This document shows positions 30,958 to 39,857 of a stretch of 64,000 bases of DNA, one piece after another. Both the position numbers and the translations under genes were made by a program. Within the stretch, counting starts at the first letter, position 1, and the number at the start of each line of letters is the position of its first letter. The stretch comes from a virus (Duplodnaviria; Caudoviricetes), in the IMG/VR virus record IMGVR_UViG_2890910346_000001; one strand, given 5' to 3'. The notes beneath the pieces were generated by a model. The model ran no database searches. It was not told the origin of the DNA and worked only from the letters and a program-made list of their open reading frames with translations.

Positions 30958-32182
30958 CTACTAAGTCATCGTATGGTATTTTCTTATCATCACGAATGAC
31001 ATACACACTATCTGTTTTCCCTACTTGTTCAATGTAGCGCTTAACAATCACATCACAAAACTTTTCGTCCAGTTCAATGGTGTAACATATGCGATCTAAT
31101 TGGTCACTCGCCAATAAAGTAGACCCACTACCACCAAACATATCGAATACAACACTATTGGTCATACTTGAATTTTTAATCGGATAAGCCATCAACTCGA
31201 GGGGTTTCATCGTTGGATGGTCTGCATTTTTCTTTGGTTTATCAAACTCCCAAATCGTCGATTCTTTTCTACCGGTATACCATTGATGTTTACCTTTTTG
31301 TTTCCAACCAAACAAAATGGGTTCATGTTGCCACTGATAAGGGCTTCTCCCCAAAACAAGTGACTGTTTTTTCCAAATACACGTCCCTGATAAATAAAAT
31401 CCTGCATCTTTAAATGCTTTTCTAAAGTTATAACCTTCCGTATCTGCATGGAAGACATAGATACTTGCATCTTGCGCCATGACCTTTTCAGCTTGCGTAA
31501 AAGCATCACACAAGAACTGATAAAACACTCCATCTTCCATATCATCGTTTTTAATTTTTCCTGCACTACCTTCATAGTTCACATTATAAGGTGGATCAGT
31601 TACCACTAGATTCACTTTTGTATCATCCAGTAACGCTTTGTAGGTTTCTTCTTTCGTAGAATCACCACAAATTAACATATGTTTGCCTAAATGCCAAATG
31701 TCACCGACTTGTGTCATCGCTGGTTTCGTTAACTCGTCATTGACATCAAAGTCATCTTCTTGAATATCTTTTTCGTCATCAAACAGTTTGGATAATTCTT
31801 TATCATCAAATCCAAGCAAGTCTAAATCAAAGTCTAACCCTTGTAATTCAGATAACTCAATGGTTAATAGGTCATTATCCCACCCAGCGTTAAGTGCTAG
31901 TTTATTATCTGCGATAATATATGCTTTCTTTTGTGCTTCCGTTAGATGTTCCTCTTTGATACAGGGTATCTTTTCCAAACCTAACTTTTGTGCGGCATAA
32001 TAACGACCGTGTCCACAGAGAATTGTGTGATCACGTGATACAATAATTGGATTAAGAAACCCAAACTCTTTTATGCTGGAAGCAATTTGTGCAATTTGAG
32101 TATCTGAATGCGTCCTTGCATTGTTCGCATAAGGGATAAGGTCATGAATATTAGCTAAATAATAGGTTGCTTCTTTGTTCAT
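30941..32182 (-). CDS. ParB-N domain fused to an N6/N4 DNA methyltransferase
   Basis: LIPYANNARTH/GHGR ParB motifs; DPPYN, HPTMKP and DMFGGSGST. Confidence 0.92.
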   Translation of the reverse strand: MNKEATYYLANIHDLIPYANNARTHSDTQIAQIASSIKEFGFLNPIIVSRDHTILCGHGRYYAAQKLGLEKIPCIKEEHLTEAQKKAYIIADNKLALNAGWDNDLLTIELSELQGLDFDLDLLGFDDKELSKLFDDEKDIQEDDFDVNDELTKPAMTQVGDIWHLGKHMLICGDSTKEETYKALLDDTKVNLVVTDPPYNVNYEGSAGKIKNDDMEDGVFYQFLCDAFTQAEKVMAQDASIYVFHADTEGYNFRKAFKDAGFYLSGTCIWKKQSLVLGRSPYQWQHEPILFGWKQKGKHQWYTGRKESTIWEFDKPKKNADHPTMKPLELMAYPIKNSSMTNSVVFDMFGGSGSTLLASDQLDRICYTIELDEKFCDVIVKRYIEQVGKTDSVYVIRDDKKIPYDDLVGDENA

Positions 32183-32191
32183 CTCACACCT

Positions 32192-32974
32192 CTAAAAAAG
32201 ACCCCATTCGGCTAGTTTTTCAAAACCACCGATGGCGTCTACATATTCTTTTGCGATGTTGACAATATCCTCATACGGTATACCGTCAATTGTTTCATCG
32301 CCAATAGCACATGAGAAAAACACAGGTTCATTTACCTGTTGTGCTCTTAAAAAGGCATAAATATTGACCGATACATCTGCTTTCGATAAATCTTTACCAT
32401 GTAAACCACCACCTGTTACTGAATCTGCCATGTCACTGCCTAGCTTACGGTTAGTAGCACCAGTGTCTACATCCGTCCCACCTGTCCAATCACCTAACGG
32501 ATTAATGATGGCATTGGGAAATTGACTTTGTAAAAACTGCGTATAAGCATTACTTTGACAAATAATCAGTTTTTCACCGTCTAAAATGTATTTACCATCA
32601 AAGGGGTATTGTCTATAAATATTTCGTGCAATATCTGATAGTCGTTTCTGTTCATCTGTGAGTGGAACCCCCTTAAAGATACCATTATCACCACATCGCA
32701 TTTTTTCTTTTTGATTATTTGCCAAATGTTCATCTTGTTTTTCAATAGTGATATCACACGCTATCTGACCAGCAATGCGTTCAATAATTGGGATAATCTC
32801 TTTTTTCTTTAAAGTGACTGTGGTTTCAATAATGACATGACACTTACCATGTCCAATCAATACCTCAACCGCAATCTTTGGTTTATCTTCCTTTGTATAG
32901 GCTAAGTCCACAATGGCCCCTGCAATGCGATCAGCAATCTTGTCTGGGTGTTGTGGGTTTACTTTTTCAATCAT
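32192..32974 (-). CDS. Compact S-adenosylmethionine synthetase-like protein
   Basis: HPDKIADRI, GDNG, INP.G, GATNRK and GKDLSKAD match MetK motifs; only 260 aa. Confidence 0.8.
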   Translation of the reverse strand: MIEKVNPQHPDKIADRIAGAIVDLAYTKEDKPKIAVEVLIGHGKCHVIIETTVTLKKKEIIPIIERIAGQIACDITIEKQDEHLANNQKEKMRCGDNGIFKGVPLTDEQKRLSDIARNIYRQYPFDGKYILDGEKLIICQSNAYTQFLQSQFPNAIINPLGDWTGGTDVDTGATNRKLGSDMADSVTGGGLHGKDLSKADVSVNIYAFLRAQQVNEPVFFSCAIGDETIDGIPYEDIVNIAKEYVDAIGGFEKLAEWGLF

Positions 32975-32976
32975 AT

Positions 32977-33555
32977 TTATAATCCTTTCCTAGAACGTAG
33001 TAAACGCTCCATCATATCGCTTCCTGTATCTTCAAATACTTCTGTACAATTTTGTTTGACGATATCATAAATTTCATACCATAATAAGTTGGCTTGTTTT
33101 TGAAATTGAATCGACATCTGCACAAAGGGAGATGTCACCACTGCACCAGTAGTGGGATGTTTACCAAGCAACCCATAACTGCTCATAGCTTCTTCACATT
33201 GGATATGTCTTGCCAATGCTTGTGCATAGGATTCAATCAACCGTTTATTCACTAGCTTGTCACAGTTGCGTTCTTTAAGCCATAACCAAATTTCAGCATA
33301 AATCACATCAGCACCAAGTGGTAAACCGTTCTTCTGATTCGCTGATAAATACTCACTCGGCTTGGGCATTGTGTTACCTTCAAGTAAGACTCCTTCTGGT
33401 AAATCAACTGCATCCAATTCATGGACATCAAGTTCTAGAATATCGTTTGGCATCACTTTGACCATTTGTCCTTTTTGAATTTTATCTATGGCTGTTTGTG
33501 GTTTTGGACCAGTATTTCTACGTCTACCACCACGATTTGTACCATCTCTTGCCAT
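32977..33555 (-). CDS. Terminase small subunit (P27-like)
   Basis: MARDGTNRGG start; LGKHPTTG...SPFV motif; follows HNH. Confidence 0.8.
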   Translation of the reverse strand: MARDGTNRGGRRRNTGPKPQTAIDKIQKGQMVKVMPNDILELDVHELDAVDLPEGVLLEGNTMPKPSEYLSANQKNGLPLGADVIYAEIWLWLKERNCDKLVNKRLIESYAQALARHIQCEEAMSSYGLLGKHPTTGAVVTSPFVQMSIQFQKQANLLWYEIYDIVKQNCTEVFEDTGSDMMERLLRSRKGL

Positions 33556-33659
33556 ATGTTCCTCCTTCAGTTTTATATACCCTGTTTGAATAGGCGTTTT
33601 TGTGCGTGACGGGAGGCACCCGTTATCCTTTGGGATCAATCGTAGAGATTTTCATCCCC

Positions 33660-34028
33660 CTACCCCTTAATGTTTTTATGCCATCGACTCCCATCTTTGG
33701 CATGAATGCGTGCATGACAAGACTGACATAAAGAAATTAAATTTTCCTTGTTATGCGTTCCTCCTTCAGATAAAGGGGTGATGTGATGAACTTCTTCTAC
33801 CTGTTTCATATAACCTTCTTTAAAACATAATTCACAGTACGGATGAGCTTTAACATATCTTGCACGTATCTTTCGCCACTGTCCGTTATATCTTTTGCGT
33901 AAGATTGGATTGCGGTCGTACTTCTCGTAGCGTTTATTTTCTTGTCTTTGGTGCTCCTGACAAAATTGTCCGTGTGTTAAGCTTGGACACATTGGATACG
34001 AACACGGTCGTTTTGGTTTTGTTGGCAT
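33660..34028 (-). CDS. HNH endonuclease (packaging associated)
   Basis: CELC...EVHHITPLSEGGTH..ENL..LC..CH motif. Confidence 0.92.
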   Translation of the reverse strand: MPTKPKRPCSYPMCPSLTHGQFCQEHQRQENKRYEKYDRNPILRKRYNGQWRKIRARYVKAHPYCELCFKEGYMKQVEEVHHITPLSEGGTHNKENLISLCQSCHARIHAKDGSRWHKNIKG

Positions 34029-34043
34029 CTTATTTCCTCCCAT

Positions 34044-34079
34044 AAGAAAAGACCCAGTAGTATAAAACTACCGAGTCTT
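34044..34079 (-). terminator. Terminator upstream of HNH/terS
   Basis: 13-bp stem with two G-U pairs and a 5-nt loop, followed by T-rich sequence. Confidence 0.65.
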
Positions 34080-34301
34080 ATTGAATTCTGATATCTTACC
34101 AAAATATAAATTTTCCATTGGAATTTTATAGAGCGCAACCATTTTATGAACGAGAGAGATTGGAATATCAGTCGAATCTCGTTCAAGTCGACATAAAGTA
34201 TCTTTATTGATATTTAATTGATTAGATGCCTCAATCAACGTTAGATTAGCATTCACTCTGGCTGCTTTCAAACTAATGATTATCATTAAGCTTTCCTCCA
34301 T
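34068..34301 (-). CDS. Cro/XRE-family HTH protein
   Basis: SLKAARVNANLT..EA...L.I...TL..LE motif. Confidence 0.75.
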   Translation of the reverse strand: MEESLMIIISLKAARVNANLTLIEASNQLNINKDTLCRLERDSTDIPISLVHKMVALYKIPMENLYFGKISEFNKTR

Positions 34302-34382
34302 GTAACTGCTTTACATTTTATAAAATTATTGCTTGTATGACAATCTCTATATTTTTTGCTGATTATATAATACCACAACATA

Positions 34383-34422
34383 AGAACTGAATACTACTGA
34401 ACTAACATGAACTCAACTGAAC
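34383..34422 (-). repeat. 10-bp-period (a/c)TGAAct repeats at the putative late promoter
   Basis: aactgaata ctactgaact aacatgaact caactgaact cgactgaac; overlaps the end of the ArpU-like gene. Confidence 0.7.
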
Positions 34423-34833
34423 TCGACTGAACAATTCATCAAGTTGTTTCAATGCAGTGCCATGCATCTTATAAATCCATCGCTCTGTGTAATACATACT
34501 CGCTGCAATTTCTCCCCATGATTTCTTTTCAAAGTACCTTTTAATCAATACGATTTGATGGTCCTTTTCCAGTTTAGAAATCAAATCAATCACATCTGCT
34601 CTCTTTTGAGTCAATTCATATTCTAGCGCTTTTATTTCTTCTTCAATCTCTACTGCCTTTATTAACGCTTCAGCCATTGGTTCTAGTTGACGATTCGGAC
34701 TCTTTGGCATGTCAGAGTAAACAGGAGACCTTACACCTTCAGCTAACGTACGATAGGTTTGTGCCATATACCGTTTTGATTCAATTTGGTTTTCAAGTTG
34801 TTTGATTGTTTTAAAAAAATCTTTTGCTTTCAT
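34402..34833 (-). CDS. ArpU/RinA-like late transcriptional regulator
   Basis: VLIKRYFEKKSWGEIA..M.Y..RWIY..HG.AL sigma-4-like C-terminus; lies just before the packaging module. Confidence 0.8.
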   Translation of the reverse strand: MKAKDFFKTIKQLENQIESKRYMAQTYRTLAEGVRSPVYSDMPKSPNRQLEPMAEALIKAVEIEEEIKALEYELTQKRADVIDLISKLEKDHQIVLIKRYFEKKSWGEIAASMYYTERWIYKMHGTALKQLDELFSRVQLSSC

Positions 34834-34875
34834 GCTTACCTCCCATGTTACTGAGGTAAGTTCTCCATAGAACTC

Positions 34876-36219
34876 CTACTCAAGATTTGCTTTAACTGCA
34901 TGCATCAGTGCCGTTTGTATTTTATCTTTTTGTTTCAATGCTTTCATCACATCAAAGTCAATTGTCCCTTTTGTCAATATGTGATGAATAATGACTGTAT
35001 CTTGTTGCCCTTGGCGATAAAGCCGTGCATTCGTTTGTTGGTACAACTCCAATGACCAAGTGAGTGAATACCAAATCAATGTCGACCCACCTTGCTGTAA
35101 ATTAAGTCCATGTCCTGCACTTGCTGGATGAATTAAAGCAACAGCTATTTTACCGTCATTCCAATCCGTAATGTCTTGGCTAGTTTTAATTTCTCGCACA
35201 TCCAAGCGTTTCATGATTCTATCACGATCACTTTGAAACCAATAAGACACTAACACAGGTTTACCATTGGCCGATTCAATTAAATCTTCTAATGCATCCA
35301 ACTTCTTATCGTGAATGGTATGTGTGACTTTATTCTCGTCATACACCGTACCATTTGCCATTTGTAACAGTTTGTTGGATAAACTGGCTGCATTGATAGC
35401 GTCAATTTCAACATCTTTTACGGTCGTAATCATTTCTTGTTTTAAGGTGTTGTATATCTTTTGTTCTCTATCGCCAAGACTTACCACCACTTCATTCATC
35501 ACACATTCTGGCATTTCAAGATAATCTTTAGCTTTCATCGAAATGGTAATATCACTAATCGCTTGATAAATTCTATCTTCAGCATTGGCTTGTGGTTTGT
35601 AAGAATAGACAATTGCACCATTACGTTTATCTGGTACGAAGTAAGTATTGCGATAATGACTGATGTATCGCCCCAGTCTTTGACCAAAATCTAAAATACG
35701 AAACTGAGCCCATAAATCCATTAACCCATTACTGCTTGGTGTGCCCGTCAAACCAACAATACGTTTAATATACGGACGTACCTTGAGTAGACTTTTCACT
35801 CGTTTGCTTTGGTAAGACTTAAAAGAACTCATTTCGTCAATCACAACCATATCAAAGTCAAATTTATACCCACTCTTATTGATCAACCAATCCACATTCT
35901 CTCGATTGATTAAATAAATATGGGCTTTTTGCTTTAATGCCTGTTGTCGTTCTTTCTCACTCCCAACAACGATTGAATACGTTAAATGCTTTAAGTGTGA
36001 CCATTTATTGATTTCACTTGGCCAAGTCGCACTGGCTACTCGAAGTGGTGCAATGACCAATACTTTTGATACGTCAAAATAATCAAGCATTAACTCATCA
36101 ATAACTGTCAAAGTGATGATACTTTTCCCAAGTCCGCAATCCAATAATAACGCTGATGCATCATGCTTTAAAATAAACTCACTGGCGTACCGTTGATACT
36201 TATGTGGCTTGTATTGCAT
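34876..36219 (-). CDS. SNF2-like helicase
   Basis: LLDCGLGKS, VIDEMS, LTGTP, GHGLNLQ and ARLYRQGQ motifs. Confidence 0.92.
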   Translation of the reverse strand: MQYKPHKYQRYASEFILKHDASALLLDCGLGKSIITLTVIDELMLDYFDVSKVLVIAPLRVASATWPSEINKWSHLKHLTYSIVVGSEKERQQALKQKAHIYLINRENVDWLINKSGYKFDFDMVVIDEMSSFKSYQSKRVKSLLKVRPYIKRIVGLTGTPSSNGLMDLWAQFRILDFGQRLGRYISHYRNTYFVPDKRNGAIVYSYKPQANAEDRIYQAISDITISMKAKDYLEMPECVMNEVVVSLGDREQKIYNTLKQEMITTVKDVEIDAINAASLSNKLLQMANGTVYDENKVTHTIHDKKLDALEDLIESANGKPVLVSYWFQSDRDRIMKRLDVREIKTSQDITDWNDGKIAVALIHPASAGHGLNLQQGGSTLIWYSLTWSLELYQQTNARLYRQGQQDTVIIHHILTKGTIDFDVMKALKQKDKIQTALMHAVKANLE

Positions 36220-36493
36220 GGATAATCCCTCCAATCTGTACCACGTCATCAAGGACAAAGCACTGAACCCCTAGACTGCTCAGTTGTGTTATCCGCTTGA
36301 CTTGAATGGCTCTTGGTTTCTTGCCTTTTTGCTTTACTTCCACAAACCCTATCTTCCCATTAGGCAGTAATACCATTCGATCGGGGATACCTACCATCCC
36401 CACTAGCTTGATACACAACCCATCAGCTTTTTTCACTTCAGCTACTAATTTTTGTTCAATGTATTTTTCTTTCACTGTGCTAATGCCTCCCAA
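36200..36493 (-). CDS. VRR-NUC nuclease
   Basis: EKYIE..L, GIPDR and FVEVK.....PR.IQ motifs. Confidence 0.9.
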   Translation of the reverse strand: MGGISTVKEKYIEQKLVAEVKKADGLCIKLVGMVGIPDRMVLLPNGKIGFVEVKQKGKKPRAIQVKRITQLSSLGVQCFVLDDVVQIGGIIHAIQAT

Positions 36494-36727
36494 ATTTTCT
36501 CTATATAGTTTATATACGTGTATTTACTGTATCTATCTCTCTATTTCTTATATATTTATATTATTTATAATAATAAGAACATAAGAACACGACTCAGTAA
36601 AAAGCTTGATAGAATAACTTTTTACTGATGTGCCTATGGAATGTTCCTACCATTAAAACTTAGGTACGATACGTTTTCAAACTGTGTACCTAACATTTCC
36701 AAAACACTGATTTCCCTTGGAACACTC

Positions 36728-39103
36728 TCAAGAACACGACTTAGGTACGTAAAAATATTGCGGTCCGTAAATCGAGAAACGCTTCTTCTGATGTTCACGA
36801 ATCCAACCTAGTTTTATTAAAATAGAAATGATGTCGTTTGAGTCGGTACGTTTAATGTTGGCGCGCTCTTTTCCAAAACACTCACACCAAATTTCCAAAG
36901 TACAAACAGAATCACGCACGACAATACCTTTATGGTTCACATCACCAAATTCAGATTCTCCATTAATGTAATTTCTACGCTCGTACAGACTCATTGTATG
37001 CCAATTTTCAGGTAGCAATAAATCAAGATAATCCTTCACTAACCCTTCACGTTCGTCTGCTTCCATGGCTTCACGCTGTTCTTCTTTGGCCAGTAACACT
37101 TGCTTTTCATCAAGATAAAGTTTTTCACCGGCATCAACATACTGTTTAACCTCTGCCCAAATTTGCGACACATCCTCACTCGTTAATGCCCACGATTGTT
37201 TATTGCCATTACCGTTCACTTGAACAGGCCAAAAACGTCGATTGCCTGTGGTATCTCGCAAATACCCAGTTTCTGCATTCGTTGTCCCAATAAAAATACA
37301 CTGCCGCGGATGTTGTGTGGCACGTCTGCCAAAGGCTGCACGGTAGACATCATTTTGTCTAGATAAAAATGAACGTAATGTCTCTACTTCTGCTTTTCGA
37401 AGTCCTGCCAACTCACCGATTTCTAATATCCAATACCCTTGTAATTTCTCCGCAGCAGTTTTATCCTTAGTATCCGACAAATGTAAACTATCAGAAAACC
37501 ACTCACCGGCTAATTTGGAAATTAAGGTTGATTTACCTACTCCTTGTGGACCATTTAACACAAGCATCGTATCAAATTTGCATCCGGGTTGTTGAACTCG
37601 TTTCACAGCAGCGCACAACATTTTTCGTGTTATAGCTCTTACATATTCATTATCTGGTGCTCCAAGATAGTCAATTAATAAGGTATCCACTCGTTCAATT
37701 TTATCCCACTCAGGCAAGGCTTCCAGATAGTCACGAATGGGATGATAACTACGGTCATCTGTGATTTTTGTTACGGCAATGTCGTAGTTACGACTAGAAA
37801 AAGTCCCATACGTTAAATCAATATAAGAAATCAATTGTGCATCATCGGCATCCCGCCAATATTTAGACGGGTGTTTCCATGGCACACTTCCTTTAATCTC
37901 CATGCCATCAAGTAATTGATTGAAAACGAGCGATTTTAGGTTGTCATCATTCTCTAATATCAACATCAAGTTTCGCAGTGTATTTTCAATAACACCTGTT
38001 TTTTGATGGTAGGTTAGCTTTTTCATCCAATCGTCATCACTTGAAAAATCAAGAATGGCTTGTTGCTTTCGCTCTTCTAACAGTGTGCGTTTAACGGCAT
38101 CATCTTGACTGGCAAACACCCACATGTCCTTTTTATCGTCATCTCCAAACTTATGAACACGCACTAAATCAAAAGCGTTTAGTAATTTACCACCTGCTGG
38201 GTCACTCGCATGATGGCTATACACAAACTTATCATCATACACCACCACACCTGCACTTGACTCTGAGCCGACATGATCATAGCGATTCGGTATAGTAGTC
38301 GATTGGTAGATATCGGATAGAAATGTGTCAATCGTTTCAGTGATACTATACGTACGACAAAAAGCACCCACTATTCCTTCTTTTTCAAGTGGGTCTTTTT
38401 GTGTCTTATCATTCGTCTTAATGACTTGTGATTCTTTTGACGATACTGGCCATGTTGTTATATCCGTCCAATCATCGTATTTCGTAAGAACATCATCAGG
38501 ATTGAGTAACGGCCCCTCTTGTACGTCAAATAGATAATCACCATCTTTAGACACAGATGGCCAATACATCAAACGTTCCACATCATAAGTTGTCACATCA
38601 AACAAATCGATGCCTATCTCTTTAGCCAGCATACGAGCCACTGCACCGTATTCTTCCGGACTCACATCACGGCTTAACGGAATAATGAAACGGTAACGAG
38701 GGTTATCTTTACGATGACTATGGGTTGAATACAATAAACAGCGATATGGAAAGAGCAAGGTTAACTCTTCCCAAATATCAACTGTCCCAAAATCCATATC
38801 TAATGTAACCATCGAACGACTCAATACATGTCCCTTCTTACGTCTCCCTTGCTTTAAATGCCCTGCGACAAAACCACCAACATCTTTAATATCTGCTTGT
38901 TGGCTCTTAGGCATTTTTTGATACTCTGAAACACTTTCAGTGGTTATGATGGGTGTTTTTAATCGGTCACAAAACTCATCCCAAGTTATTTCACTATTTT
39001 TCCATAATTTATCTGTTCGCTTATTCCCATACGCTATCTTCATCAACTGATTCACACTCCTCATTGAAATATCTAATCGGTTGTCGTCTACGTTTTGCGA
39101 CAA
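36728..39103 (-). CDS. Primase-helicase (VapE/VirE family); likely start MKIAYG at 39043
   Basis: STHSH primase-like motif; LNGPQGVGKST Walker A; TTGNRRFWP. Confidence 0.9.
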   Translation of the reverse strand: MSQNVDDNRLDISMRSVNQLMKIAYGNKRTDKLWKNSEITWDEFCDRLKTPIITTESVSEYQKMPKSQQADIKDVGGFVAGHLKQGRRKKGHVLSRSMVTLDMDFGTVDIWEELTLLFPYRCLLYSTHSHRKDNPRYRFIIPLSRDVSPEEYGAVARMLAKEIGIDLFDVTTYDVERLMYWPSVSKDGDYLFDVQEGPLLNPDDVLTKYDDWTDITTWPVSSKESQVIKTNDKTQKDPLEKEGIVGAFCRTYSITETIDTFLSDIYQSTTIPNRYDHVGSESSAGVVVYDDKFVYSHHASDPAGGKLLNAFDLVRVHKFGDDDKKDMWVFASQDDAVKRTLLEERKQQAILDFSSDDDWMKKLTYHQKTGVIENTLRNLMLILENDDNLKSLVFNQLLDGMEIKGSVPWKHPSKYWRDADDAQLISYIDLTYGTFSSRNYDIAVTKITDDRSYHPIRDYLEALPEWDKIERVDTLLIDYLGAPDNEYVRAITRKMLCAAVKRVQQPGCKFDTMLVLNGPQGVGKSTLISKLAGEWFSDSLHLSDTKDKTAAEKLQGYWILEIGELAGLRKAEVETLRSFLSRQNDVYRAAFGRRATQHPRQCIFIGTTNAETGYLRDTTGNRRFWPVQVNGNGNKQSWALTSEDVSQIWAEVKQYVDAGEKLYLDEKQVLLAKEEQREAMEADEREGLVKDYLDLLLPENWHTMSLYERRNYINGESEFGDVNHKGIVVRDSVCTLEIWCECFGKERANIKRTDSNDIISILIKLGWIREHQKKRFSIYGPQYFYVPKSCS

Positions 39104-39401
39104 TTAACTCTTCTTTCATGCCGTCAGTTATACGATTGCCAAACACCCATACTTCCTGACACTTGCCAAGCATGATAATATCCATTGCCATCGCATCTTC
39201 CCGATGTTTCTCCTCGTCAAGAAATGGGAAGAGTACATGTGGTGTAATCGGTAAGTTCCCTTTTTGATAAGCAAAATTGGCATACCGTATGGCATTGTGA
39301 ATGTGTTTTTCTGTATCACCTCGATACGGTGCACAGATATAGACAAGCGGCTTAAAGGCTTGTTGCTTTTCTGCCATGATGCGTTTAGTTGATTTTCCCA
39401 T
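39021..39401 (-). CDS. DUF4406 / nucleoside 2-deoxyribosyltransferase-like protein
   Basis: VYICAPYRG, P.TPH and L.KC.EVWVFG..IT.GM..E motifs. Confidence 0.7.
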   Translation of the reverse strand: MGKSTKRIMAEKQQAFKPLVYICAPYRGDTEKHIHNAIRYANFAYQKGNLPITPHVLFPFLDEEKHREDAMAMDIIMLGKCQEVWVFGNRITDGMKEELIVAKRRRQPIRYFNEECESVDEDSVWE

Positions 39402-39550
39402 ATTCTTCCTCCCATTTCACTTTGTACCATTCTAGGTGCTTTTTACAATCTTCATCATTTGGAAAGGCAACTAGTAAACCTACCTCCACCTTTTGTAGCA
39501 CTTCAGTTTTATCAGCAAAAATACCGAATTCATTTTTTGTTTTCATGGTC

Positions 39551-39748
39551 TTACCCCCTTAGCTTTTTAGTACAGGCAGTACATACCACAGCAGTAGAAA
39601 ATAAATCACTATCTTTTTCTGATAAGACTTCCGCCAAATCTACACTAAACTCGACACCACAATATGGACACCTTGTAAACACATTTTCGTCATGAATGTC
39701 TATGGTTAGTTCTAAGTCATTGCCAACTTTTTGCTTAATATAAAACAT
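39551..39748 (-). CDS. Small Zn-ribbon protein
   Basis: CPYCG...C..C; RBS aaggag; follows a GTACTT-N15-GTCC motif. Confidence 0.7.
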   Translation of the reverse strand: MFYIKQKVGNDLELTIDIHDENVFTRCPYCGVEFSVDLAEVLSEKDSDLFSTAVVCTACTKKLRG

Positions 39749-39803
39749 ATCGTTTCTCCTTTATCATGTTGTATTTGAAGAAGTGATTCCTTCACTAGAT
39801 AAA

Positions 39804-39828
39804 GGACAAAAACAAATTGTTTAAGTAC
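39804..39828 (-). promoter_or_regulatory. GTACTT-N15-GTCC motif
   Basis: gGTACTTaaacaatttgtttttGTCC, directly after the pol terminator (39839-39870). Confidence 0.7.
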
Positions 39829-39857
39829 CAAATATCAAAAAAAGTGAGAAATGATTC

